NCBI RefSeq assembly: GCF_009914755.1
Contig: NC_060935.1
Direction: 5' to 3' (one strand)
Length of the DNA: 64,000 nt
Source of the DNA: the human T2T-CHM13v2.0 reference genome, Homo sapiens
This document shows positions 53,189-64,000 of the stretch, in pieces. The position numbers were made by a program, and so were the translations under genes. The first letter of the stretch is position 1. Each line of letters opens with the position of its first letter. The notes beneath the pieces are model-generated. The model ran no database searches, was not told where the DNA came from, and was given only the letters and a program-made list of their open reading frames with translations.

Positions 53189-53563
53189 TTAAAAACAGCT
53201 TTATTGAGGCATAATTGATAAAAGGAATACATATATATTTTTTAATATGTACAATTTGATGAGTTTGGACATATGCAAACACCAATGATACCATCACCAA
53301 AATAAAGGTAATAGACATATCCAACACCTCCAAAGATTATTTGTGTCCCCCCACCCCCACTTTCTTGGTGGTAACTTCACTTACATAAATGAGATCTACC
53401 CTCTTTATGAATTTTTAGGTGTACAACACTCTATTGTTAACTACAGGTACTATGTTGTACAGCAGAAAAAAAAATCCATTGTATGTATATACCACATTTT
53501 CTTTATCCATTCATCTGTTGGTGGACATTTGGGTTGATTCCATATCTTGGCTACTGTAAATAA
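53189..53563 (-). mobile_element. 5'-truncated L1MA/MB 3' end with internal deletion
   Basis: cagctttattgaggcataattga...gtacaatttgatgagtttggaca...tccattgtatgtatataccacattttctttatccattcatctgttg; 16-bp TSD tccctagtttaatttt at 53173 and 53564. Confidence 0.88.
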
Positions 53564-55681
53564 TCCCTAGTTTAATTTTGATCTAAATGAAATACACATT
53601 AAGTATTGAATCCTGTTCTTAGGTCCTTGTTCTGTGGTCAGATGCCAGTACCTGTATTATATCACATTCCCTGTGTCCATCAAAGTACCTGGTACATGGT
53701 AGACACCTAATACATGTTGAATGAATAAAGACACAAGTAGATAAATAGTTTCTAGATCAATTTTCAGGCTGGGAGAAAAATCTAAGAAGAAAAGAAATAC
53801 CATAGAATTGCTGCTTTCTGCTTCATCTTCCGACATTGACTTTAGGGAACTGGGGGAAGGGGGCCATATGCGGGGAACTAGGGGAGAGAGGGTGCATGCA
53901 GGTATGTGTCTCCTCCAGATCTGTACAGAGCCATATCCTTCTTGTCATTTAGTTTTCATTTTAACTATCACCTTCTCAGATGACCTTTCCTGACTACCTT
54001 GTCTAAAGAAACTTTCTCGCCACCTATTGCCATTCCTTTCTCTCACATCACCTTTCTTAATTGTCTTTATGGCACTTTTCCCCATCTGAAATGATTTTAC
54101 CTATTTGCTTATTTATTGTCTGTAATTTATCTCCCCTTCTCCCCAAAAAACTATTTGAAGAAAAGGACCACGTCTTTCTTTTTATTGTGGTATCCCTACT
54201 GCTTAGAAGTGTCCAGCACAGAGTAATTATTCAATGAAGATTTATTAAATGGCCGAGGAAATGAATCCCCCATTGCTTGGTAACGGAAGCCTTAAGGGAG
54301 ATATCAATAGGAAGCAGGTCAAAAACTAACAGTTCAGCTTCTCCCAAACCCCTCCTTTCTCTTCATCTGTTTCCCTGGCTGGACCCCGGAGCATCTCACG
54401 CTGTCTATCCTTGAATGCCCAGTTTTATGGCCTAAGCAGCTGGTGCCGATCCCCAATGCCCTTGCTTTCTGGCTTCCACAGCTCATTCCTGATGATGTGG
54501 GCTGGGAATTGTTGCCTTTGACATGCTGACACCGCCTCTCCCATCGGCACTATTGCTGAGCGGATGGTTCCCTGCCCTGTCCTGCTCGCTGCCTTCAAGC
54601 TGTCAGCCCTTTCCCACACCACACAGCTGGCACACATGGAAATGGAGCCCTGACACGCCCACATGGGTCGCAGCCTCTGGGTTGAGTAGTTTACGGCTCA
54701 CCCCAATCTGCCTCAGATGTTGCTCCCTGACTCATTCCTCATCTTCCTGCCATCTGTCTCCTTGTCCTGTTTTCCCTCTTAGGCTCCTACAAAGGCCTTC
54801 AGCTTTGACCTTTGGCTCCTTTTCTGGACCACAATTGGTACTCTCCCTCTGGCCACAATATGGTCAACCAGCCTAAGTTAAATGGGCCCTTCAGCCTGCT
54901 TTGGCCCTCCAGTGCTGCGGCACCCTCTCCGTCATCCCGTCTCCTCTAGGCTTTCTTCAATTCCCTTGGTCGTTACAGTACTTGTCCTCCCTCACCTCCC
55001 CCCTGTTATGCCCAATGATACTTTTTTTGGGCACCAGATTGGGCACTTTATTTCTTATGTAATGATCATGATAATATATACCCTCTATTGCAAACTTTTT
55101 GTGTACCAAGCATGGTAAGGGGAAAAAAAACTTTATGTGATCTTGTTTGATTATCTTAAAAGTTCTTAGAGTGATGTATCAGTAAACTGATCTTAAGAGT
55201 GAAAAAAACTAAAGCTCAGACACTGAGTAGTTTTCCTAAGGTTACACAACCAGAAAATGGCAGAGTGAGGATTTGAACTCAGGCCTGTCTGACCTCTGAG
55301 CTAGTCTAATCATTATACTATGCTATCTTTCTCCACTATGCCTTTACTTCTTGGCAGCCCCTCTTCTTGCTCTGGAGTTAGACAGTCTCGCATTCAAATC
55401 TCAACTCAGATGGCTACTCTGTCTATATGATCTTGGGTAAATCATTTCCTTCCTAGGACAAGATGTGGCATGAGAAAGGCATGGAAGCTTGGCCTTTCTT
55501 GCCATCTGAATCTCAGTTCTGCCTAGACATTGCCTTTCCTCTAAGGTTAATAATAATGGTAACTAGCACTACTATTACAAGCAAGTGCTTGCTGACTTTC
55601 TATCACTCCTCCTCCTCCTTGTCCTCTAACTACTGTAGTATATTGAGTCCTTGCTGTGTGCCCGACAATGTTCCCAGCAAC

Positions 55682-56083
55682 TTTTCTTTTCTTTTTTTTT
55701 TTTTTTTTGAGGCAGGGTCTCATTCTGTTGCTCAGGCTGGAGTGCAGTGGTGTAATCATGGCTCACTGCAGCCTTGACCTCCTGGGCTCAAGCAAGCAAT
55801 CCTCCCACCTCAGCCTCCTGAGTAGCTGGGACAGCAGGCATGCACTACCATGCTTAGCTAATTTTTCTTTATTTTTTGAAGAGACAAGATCCTAGTATAT
55901 TGCCCAGGCTGGCCTAGATCTCCTGGGCCCAAGTGATCCTCATGCCTCAGCCTCCCAAGGTGTCAGGCTGGAGGGAGGGAGAAATAGGGAGGTAGTGGTC
56001 AAAGGGTACAAAGTTGTTTCAGTCATGCAAGATGAATAAGTTTTGGAGATCTACTGTACAGGCATGAGCTGCTGTGCCCAGAC
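55682..56083 (-). mobile_element. AluJ with an internal L1-derived insert
   Basis: AluJ diagnostics (atcatggctcactgcagccttgacctcctgggctcaag); degenerate TSD tgttcccagcaacttt / tgtgcccagcaaattt; non-Alu block at 55964-56056. Confidence 0.9.
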
Positions 56084-57472
56084 TGTGCCCAGCAAATTTA
56101 TGTACATTATTTCCATTTAGCCTCTACAATCTTGTAAATTAGGTATTGATAACACAGTCACAGAGAAGCTAACGAATTGTTGAAGATCATCAGCTAAAGA
56201 GTGGCCTAGTTAAGATTTGAATGCACATCTGCTCAACTCCAAAGCCTGCTTTCTTTCCCCTGACATCTTTCAATTTTTTGAGTGGGCTGATAAAATTGCT
56301 TCCCACTCTTCTCTATAATTGACTTCCCATAAGCACACTATTAGTACAGTAGCAAAGGCAACCTACCAGTTATTTAAGAATTTAAGGGAAATTAAAATGC
56401 TATGATTTCTTTAAAAAATTGAAGACCTATAGTGATCTGCCTGTCAGTGGTAAAGTTCTTGCATAGGTGACATTTGTTTTATCATGTCATGATCTATGAG
56501 GTCAGACACCAAAAGGAGATTGTGTTTTCCCCTTTTCCATGGTATGATTTTCTGTGTAATCACTCAGGCTAAGCCCACTATTCAATTGATAAAGGTGGTA
56601 TAATCATCCTCACTTCTGATTACTCTACATAAGCTTTACATTGTGGTATGAAAAGGTGAAATGCTACTCCACGTAAACCGTGCCAACTACTGACAATCTC
56701 TATTGGATCATCTCAGAGTACAGGAAAACAGTGACCACAGTCAGCATCTTTCAAATACTGAGCCATCTAAAATGGCATTGTGAGCAAGAAAGGTAATCTG
56801 TGGCACCACATGTGTGCCTCTTTTGCTCTTTCCCCCATACCTCTTAGCAAGGACCTAGATGAGCTGCCATGCACGGCAGAAGGCTAAGCTGAGGTGCTCA
56901 CATAATCTCTGGAATCCTCTGCTTTCTCTGAGAGAGGGTTGAGTTTTCTTTAATGTTTTTCATGAAGAAGGCAACAGCGAGGCAGAGCTATGTGTGTTTT
57001 TGAAATGAGGCAGAGCTCAGTTTTCATTGGTTTTGCATTATTTTCCAATTACAAATGAGCTTAATAATGCTCATTAAAACAGGTCTTTTGATTTGGGGAA
57101 ACACTGTGATTCTCAATATTATGACAGTGGGAGGAGGCTGTCAGGCTGGAGAAGGGCATTCCTTCTCATTAGAATTGCCTGGGAGACATCTTCAAATTAG
57201 AATACATTCCCCTTTCTCTTGCAGGAACAATTTCTTCAGTTAAGAATTACGGTACCTATAGTGAACTGATCCTATATATACACGTATTTGGGGACAGCTA
57301 TTAGATTTGAGGATACAGAGAAAAAAATTAAAATATATTGTTCTAACTTTTGCATTCCGAAGGGTAACACTGACCAAGGGCTAGAACATAGTTATTATTT
57401 ATTAAATGTTTGTTAAGTAACAAATATTTAACATGGAGCTCAAGAAATGTCTTCTTCTTGGAAAGTCTACAG

Positions 57473-57687
57473 AAAGCTTGTCCAACCCATTGCCTGCAGG
57501 CAGCATGCGGCCCAGGATGACTTTGAATGTGGCTCAACACAATTTGTAAGCTTTCTTAGAATATTATGAGATTTTTGGAATTTTTTAAGCTCATCAGCTA
57601 TTGTTGGTGTTAGTGCATTTTATGTGTGGCCCAAGACAATGCTTCTTCCAATATGGCCCAGGGAAGCCAAAAGATTGGACACCCCTG
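57473..57687. mobile_element. MER30 hAT MITE
   Basis: aagcttgtccaaccc...gcatgcggcccaggatgactttgaatgtggc...ggcccagggaagccaaaagattggacacccctg; 8-bp TSD gtctacag/gtcgatag. Confidence 0.88.
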
Positions 57688-60600
57688 GTCGATAGCATCT
57701 CATTGCATTTCTCAGTAAGTTCCAATGGACTGGGTCTTGGTATTGTGCCTTGCAGGTGAACATAAAAGCCAACATGTGCTATTCAAGACAGACTTGATGA
57801 GACTCTGAGCCAAGCAGACTTTCTCTGGGGCTTGGGTGAGAATGTACAGCATAATATTGGTGAAGAGGCTTAGTCTGGTACCTAGACGGCTAGAGGCTTT
57901 GGGAGCCTCCACACACAATGGCGTGGCATGGACCCTGTTGTTCTCAAGATGGGCAGAGGTAGGGTTAAGCTCTTGGGGACTTTGTGGACAGTATCATGAA
58001 CAAGAGGAAGCATTTTCAAGAGAGGAAGACCACTGAAGATACTGAGGTCAACAGGCTGGTTTGTAGACATGTGAGACATCCTATTAGAGATACCCAGAAA
58101 TAACATGCGTTATGTGGAGTGGAATACCACTGTCATGCAGGCAGGCACGATCAAAGCAGAAGGTACTTTGGTTACATAAGTATGTGCCAGGCTAAGTGAT
58201 AATGGTTAGTGGGGAGTGTTTCAATCTACACATATTTGAGATATCAGCCTTGTGCTTTGAAACATCCCAACCCTTACATCATTCTGATCCAGAGTTGCTG
58301 TTAACCTCACTCTGCAATCTGAAGTCTGAGTGATTGACCAGAGCAACTGAGCTACTCCTGCCATGTTGCTGCCAGATTATTTCTTCTAGCAATTTTTATT
58401 AAAAGGCTCTGTTGGTCTCTGCTCTTAGATATTTTCTTTGCAATAATCATCCAACCCTCTCTAACAATGTCTTCTGTACTTGGCTGCTCCACTCATTCTT
58501 CTCGTTTCCTTAGTTTGTCCTCCCACCCAAGCCGTACTTCCACCTGAGTGTTGGGCATATTTAAACCTGTTGAGACAAGGAAGAGGGGGAGGGAGAAGCA
58601 GCTGACAGGAGGCTTTGGCACCAGCTCACATCTGACTAAAGGGCAAGTTACAACCTTGCCAAGCTTTCTTCCATTTTTGAATCTTTACCCTGGGGATCCA
58701 AATGCTGAGTTACTGCCCAAAGGGTTAGTGAGGAGATGCCTTTTAAAAGCCAGTAAAATCATTTTGAGATGTTGAGGGCTGTGCCCAGGCCCAACAACTC
58801 ATGTGTTCTTTCTGTCATGCAGATCATGAACATAGGGTGGGTAGGGCTGGAGGGCCAGGGAGAGTGAGAGGCTTCACTGGGAATAGGAGCAGGCAGCAGG
58901 TTTGGAGCTGATGCAGGTTTATAAAGGTTACTGGGCTGTCCTGACAAGCAAGACAAGGTTAAAAAATAAAGCATTAATTCCAGAACATCTACATGGAACA
59001 CTTGTGTGAAGTGATGAAAGAAAGAGTATGGCATTAGGTTCAGCAAGAGTAGGGTTTCAGTTGTGGTTTCAACCCTAGCATTGCACAAGTTACTTTCTCT
59101 GAGTCTCAGTTTCCTTCTTGGTAAAATGGGGCTATAGCAAAATCTATTTCCTTTGATAGATAAAACCTTTGTTGCTGGGAGGATTAGAAGTAATAACAGA
59201 CTTATAAAAATTGGCACATAGTTGTGAATCCATTACTTTTTTTCTCTTTGCCTTATTTATTTTCTTCTTTGGTGCTTATTCTGAAATTCTAAAAATCAAA
59301 ATGAAATAATTTTTAAAAAATCAAATAAATTGAATCCTGGAGGGTGCAGCAGGATGGCAAAACAGAAACCTCCACCAATTGTCCTCCCCAACAAGACACC
59401 AAGTTGTACGACTATCTACACACAAAAAAAACCTTCATAAAAAGCAAAACTCAGGTGAGCACTCATAGACCTGTTTTTAACTTCATATGGCTGAAAGAGG
59501 CACTGAAGAGATAGAGAAAACAGTCCTGAATCACCAATGCCATCTCTCCCCATCCTCTGGCAGTGGTGGCCTGGTGTGGAGAGCCTCTCTGGGTGCTGTG
59601 GGAGGAAGAACACAGCTACTGTGAGTCACTGAACTCCATGCTGTTCTATTAGAGCAGAAAGGAAAACTGGATCAAACTCAGCTGATGCCCACCCACAGAA
59701 GGAGCATTTAAGTGAGCCCTAGCTAGAGGGGAATTGCCAATCCCAGCGGGCTGAACTTGAGTGCTTACAAACCTTGCTACTGAGGGCTACAGCACTCTGT
59801 GTCTCCAAGTAAACTTGAAAGGCAGTCTATGCCATAAGGACAGGCTCTCTTAGGCGAGGCCTAGGGCTGAACTAGGCCCAGGGACAGTGGACTAAGGGAG
59901 CATGTGGCATACGGAGACACCAGCTGGGGAAGCCAAGGGAGCTCTGGTCTCATCCTTCCCCTAACCCCAGGCTGCACAGCTTGTGACTCTAAAAGAGAAC
60001 TCTTCCTTCTGCTTGAGAAGAGGAGAGGGAAGGATGAGGAGGACTTTGTCTTGCATCTTGGATGCCAGCTCAGCCACAGTAAGACAGGGCACTGGGCAGA
60101 GTCATGATGCCCTAGCTTCCAGATGACATTTCTAGACACACCCTGGGCCAGAAGGGAAACTTCTGCCTTGAAAAACAGGGTCCAGTGCTGGTAGCATTTA
60201 TCACCTGCTAGCTGAAGAGCCCTTGGGCCCTGAATAACCAGTAGGCATACCCAGGTACTACATCGAAGGCCTTGGGTGAACTTCTGAGACTTGCTGGCTT
60301 CAGATGAGACTCAGCACATTACCAGGTGTGGTGGCTATGGGGCAAAACTCCTTCTGCTTCAGAAAAGCCAAGGGAAAAGCAAAAGGGACTTGTACCTTAG
60401 GTACCAGCATTGTCACAGCGGAGATAGAGCACCAAGAGGGCTTTTGCAGTCCCCAATTCCAGGACTCAACCCTTTCACAGCATTTCTGGACCTACCCTGG
60501 GCCAGCAAGGAGCCCACTGTCCTGAAGGGTGAGTCCCAGGCCAGGCAGCATTCATGACAAGCTGCCTTTAGAGACCTTGGGTTATAAGGGAACACCAGTT

Positions 60601-61404
60601 GTAGTCTGGCAGTACTCCTCATGGCCTGGGGTGGTGGTGGCTATGGGGTGAGGCTCCTCTACCTTTGAGAAAGGGAGAGAAGAATGGGAATGACTGCATC
60701 ATGTGGTTTGAGTGCCAGCTCAGCTGCAATACAATAGAACACCAGGTAGATGTGTGAGTTTTTATTCCATTCCCTGACTCCTGGACAGAACTTCTTGACC
60801 CAGATGGGGACTAGGGGACCTCACCAACCTGAAGAGAAAGATACAGGCCTGGCTGGCTTTCCTACTTGCTGATTGTAGAGCTCCAGGGCCTTGAGGAAAC
60901 ATAGGCAGTAGCCAGGGCCTGGTTACAGTGGGCCTTGGGTGAGGCCCAGTGCTGTGTTGGCTTCAGGTCTGACCCAATGCAGTCCTAGCGGTGGTCTGAC
61001 CCAATGCAGTCCTAGCGGTGGTGGCCACAGGGATACTCGTGTCACTCCACCCCCAGCTTTAGGTGTCTCAGAACAGAGAAAGAGGCTCTGTATGCTTGGG
61101 CGAAAGTAAGGGAAAAGAACAAGAGTCCCTTCTTTGCAATTCAGATAATTCTCCTGGATCTTGTCCAAGACCATCAAGGTAATACCTCTGAGTCTATAAG
61201 AACCAGAGTGTTACTGGGCTTGGCATGCCCCCCAAAGCAGATACAACTTACATCATAATACCCAAGTCCTTTAAAATATCTGAAAAGCCTTCCCAAGAAG
61301 GATAGGTACAAACAAGCCCAGATGCAAAGACTATAATAAATACCTAACTCTTCAATGCCTGACACTGAAGAACATCCACCAGCATCAACACCATCCAGGA
61401 AAAC

Positions 61405-62157
61405 ATGACCTTGCCAAATGAACTAAATAAGGCACCAGAGACCAATCCTGGGAAAACAGAGACATGTGACCTTTCAGCCAGAAAGTTCAAGATAGCTATT
61501 TTGAGGAAGCTCAAAGAAATGCAAGATAGCACACAAAAGGAATTCAGAATTCTATCAGATAAATTTAACAAAAAGATTGAAATAATTAAAAAGAATCAAC
61601 CAGAAACTTTGGAGCTGTAAAATGCAATTGGCTTACTGAATAATGCAATCGGAAGAAGGAATTAGTGAGCTTGAAGACAGGCTATTTGAAAATACACAAT
61701 CAGAGGAGACAAAAGAAAAAAGAATACAAAACAATGAAGCATGCCTACAGGATCGAGTAAATGGCCCCAAACGGGGAAATCTAAGAGTTAAAGAGAAGGT
61801 AGAGAAAGAGATAGAGGTAGAAAGTTTATTCAAAGGGATAGTAACAGAGAACTTCCCAAACCTAGATAAAGATATCAATATCCAAGAACAAGAAGGTTGC
61901 AGAACACCAAGCAGATTTAACTTTTTAGTGAGAACCTTATAGGCCAGAAGAGAGTAACATAACATATTTAAAGTGCTGAGGAAAAAAAAAAAACACCCTT
62001 ATACCTAGGATAGTATATCTGACAAGAACATCCTTCACATGTGAAGGAGAAATACTTTCCCAGACAAACAAAAACTGAGGGATTTCATCAATATACCAGA
62101 CCTGTCCTACAAGAAATGCTAAAGGGAGTATTCAATCAGAAAGAAAAGGACATTAAT
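61405..62157 (+). pseudogene. L1 ORF1p remnant
   Basis: FKIAILRKLKEMQD..EEGISELEDRLFENTQSEE..ENFPNLDKDINIQ.QE..RTPSRFN; frameshifts, stops and an internal deletion near 61920. Confidence 0.85.
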
Positions 62158-62655
62158 GAGTGACAAATAATTATGTGAAGGTACATAACTCACTGTAACA
62201 GTAAGTACACAGAAAAGCACAGAATATTATAACACTGTAACTGTGAAGTGTAAACTACTCTTATCCTAGCAGAGGGACTGAATGATAAATCAATCAAAAA
62301 CAGTGACTACAACAACTTTTCAAGGCACAGTCAGTACAGAAAGATGTAAATAGAAACAACAAAAAGTTAAAAAAGGAAGACAAAGTTAAGATGTAGAGTT
62401 TTATTAGTTTTCTTTTTGCTTGATTGTTTATGCAAATAGTGTTAAGTTGTTATCAGGTTAAAATAATGGGTTATAAGATAGTATTTGCAAGCTTCATGAT
62501 AACCTCAAACCAAAAAACATACAATGGATACACAAGAAATAAAAAGCAAGAAACTAAATCATATCTCCAGAGGAAATCACCTTCATTATAGGAAGACAGG
62601 AAAGAAAGGAAGAAGAAAGAGAAGACAATAAAATAATAATTAAACAAAGAACAAA

Positions 62656-64000
62656 ATGGCAGGAGTAAGTGCTTATCAATAATAGCATTAAATGTAAATG
62701 GTTTAAAATCTCCAGTCAAAAGACATAGACTGGCTGAACAGATGAAAAAACAAGACCCATTGATCTGTTGCCTAAAAGAATTACACTTCACCTCTAAAGA
62801 CACACATAGACTGAAAAGAAAGGAATGGAAAAAGATATTCCATGGAAAAGGAAACCAAAAAAGAGCAATGGTTGCTACACTTATATCAGAAAAAATAGAT
62901 TTCAAGACAAAAACTATAAGAAGAGTCAAAGAAGGTCACTATATAGGTCACTTTATAATGCTAAAGGGGTTAATTCATCAAGATGATATAATAATTTTAA
63001 ATATATATGCACTCAACACTGGAGCACCCAACTATATAAAGGGAATACTATTAAAGCTAAAGAGAGAGATGGGCCTTAATACATTAATAGCTGAAGACTT
63101 CAACACCCCACTTTCAGCATTGGACAGATCTTCCAGATAGAAAATCAACAAAGAAACATCAGAGTTAATCTGCACTATAGACCAAATGGGTCTAATAGAT
63201 ATTCGCAGAACATTTCATCCAAGAGCTGCAGGATACACATTCTTTTCCTCAAAACATGGATTATTCTCAAGGATAGACCATATCTTAGGTCAGAAAATAT
63301 GTCTTAAAACATTCAAAAAATTCAAATAATAAGAAGCATCTTCTCTGACCACAATGGAATAAAGCTAGAAATTAATAAGATAAATTTTGGAAACTATACA
63401 AATACATGGAAATTAAACAATAAGCCTGAGTGACAGTGGGTAAATGAAGAAATTAAGAAGGACATTGAAAAATTTTTTGAAGCAAATGATAATGGAAATA
63501 CAATATACTAAAACCTATAGAATACAGTAAAAGCAGTACTAAGAAGGAAGTTTATAAATGTCTACATCAAAAAAGAAGAAAAACTTCAAATGAACAATCT
63601 AGTGATGCATTTTAAGTAACTAGAAAAGCAAGAGCAAACCAAACCCTAACTTGGTAGAAGAATAGACATGATAAAGATCAGAGCAGAAATAAATAAAAAT
63701 TAAAATTTTAAAAATAATACAAAAGACAAATGAAGGAAAATGTTGTTTTTTGAAAAGTCAAACAAAATTGATAAACCTTTAGTCTAAGAAAAAGAGAAGA
63801 TCCAAATAAAAAAAAAAATCAGAAACAAAAAAGGAGACATTACAACTGATACTGCAGAAATTCAAAGGATCATTAGTGGCTACTATGAGCAACTAAATGC
63901 CAATAAGTTGGAAAATCTAGAAGTAATGGACAAATTCCTAGATATTACAAACTACCAAGATTGAACCAGGAAGAAATCCAAAATCTGAACACACCAATGA
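62656..64000 (+). pseudogene. L1 ORF2p endonuclease remnant
   Basis: LNVNGL, ICCLKELH, ILNIYALNTGAP, DFNTPLSALDRSSR, SRIDH, SDHNG; multiple stops. Confidence 0.9.

Larger units (their letters stand above)
59338..64000 (+). mobile_element. Old L1 (L1M/L1MA-type) with 5'UTR, ORF1 and 5' ORF2; continues beyond the window
   Basis: Starts ggagggtgcagcaggatggc; about 2 kb of 5'UTR, then decayed ORF1 and endonuclease coding sequence. Confidence 0.92.

Noticed and set aside
62742-63140. 132-aa L1 endonuclease ORF as an active enzyme
   Set aside because: Fragment bounded by a frameshift and a stop, with altered motifs (CLKEL, AEDFN).

Overview
Primate, most likely human, non-coding genomic DNA dominated by transposable elements; I find no supportable host protein-coding gene. 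The centrepiece is an 8.4-kb HERV-H provirus (22535-30919, + strand). It has two LTR7Y-type LTRs, a tRNA-His primer-binding site, decayed gag/pro/RT, a ~535-codon stop-free RNaseH-integrase frame and a full-length but disrupted env. A full-length SVA (probably human-specific SVA_F) lies 2.4 kb downstream on the - strand with a clean target-site duplication (TSD). An old L1 with its 5'UTR, ORF1 and the start of ORF2 runs off the right end. The rest is Alus (including a trimeric AluJ and an AluYd-type copy), MaLR/ERVL solo LTRs, hAT MITEs, MIR/L2 relics, microsatellites and a few motif-rich unique islands. The least expected signal is four short insertions that look like templated repair patches: a 74-bp copy of sequence 2.4 kb away inside a (TA)n tract, an L1 fragment inside an AluJ, a TA tract between 28-bp direct repeats, and a 34-bp insert in a MIR. 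I see no evidence for a wholly new biological system. Subfamily names come from recalled consensus sequences and old-repeat boundaries are approximate; both need RepeatMasker/Dfam confirmation.
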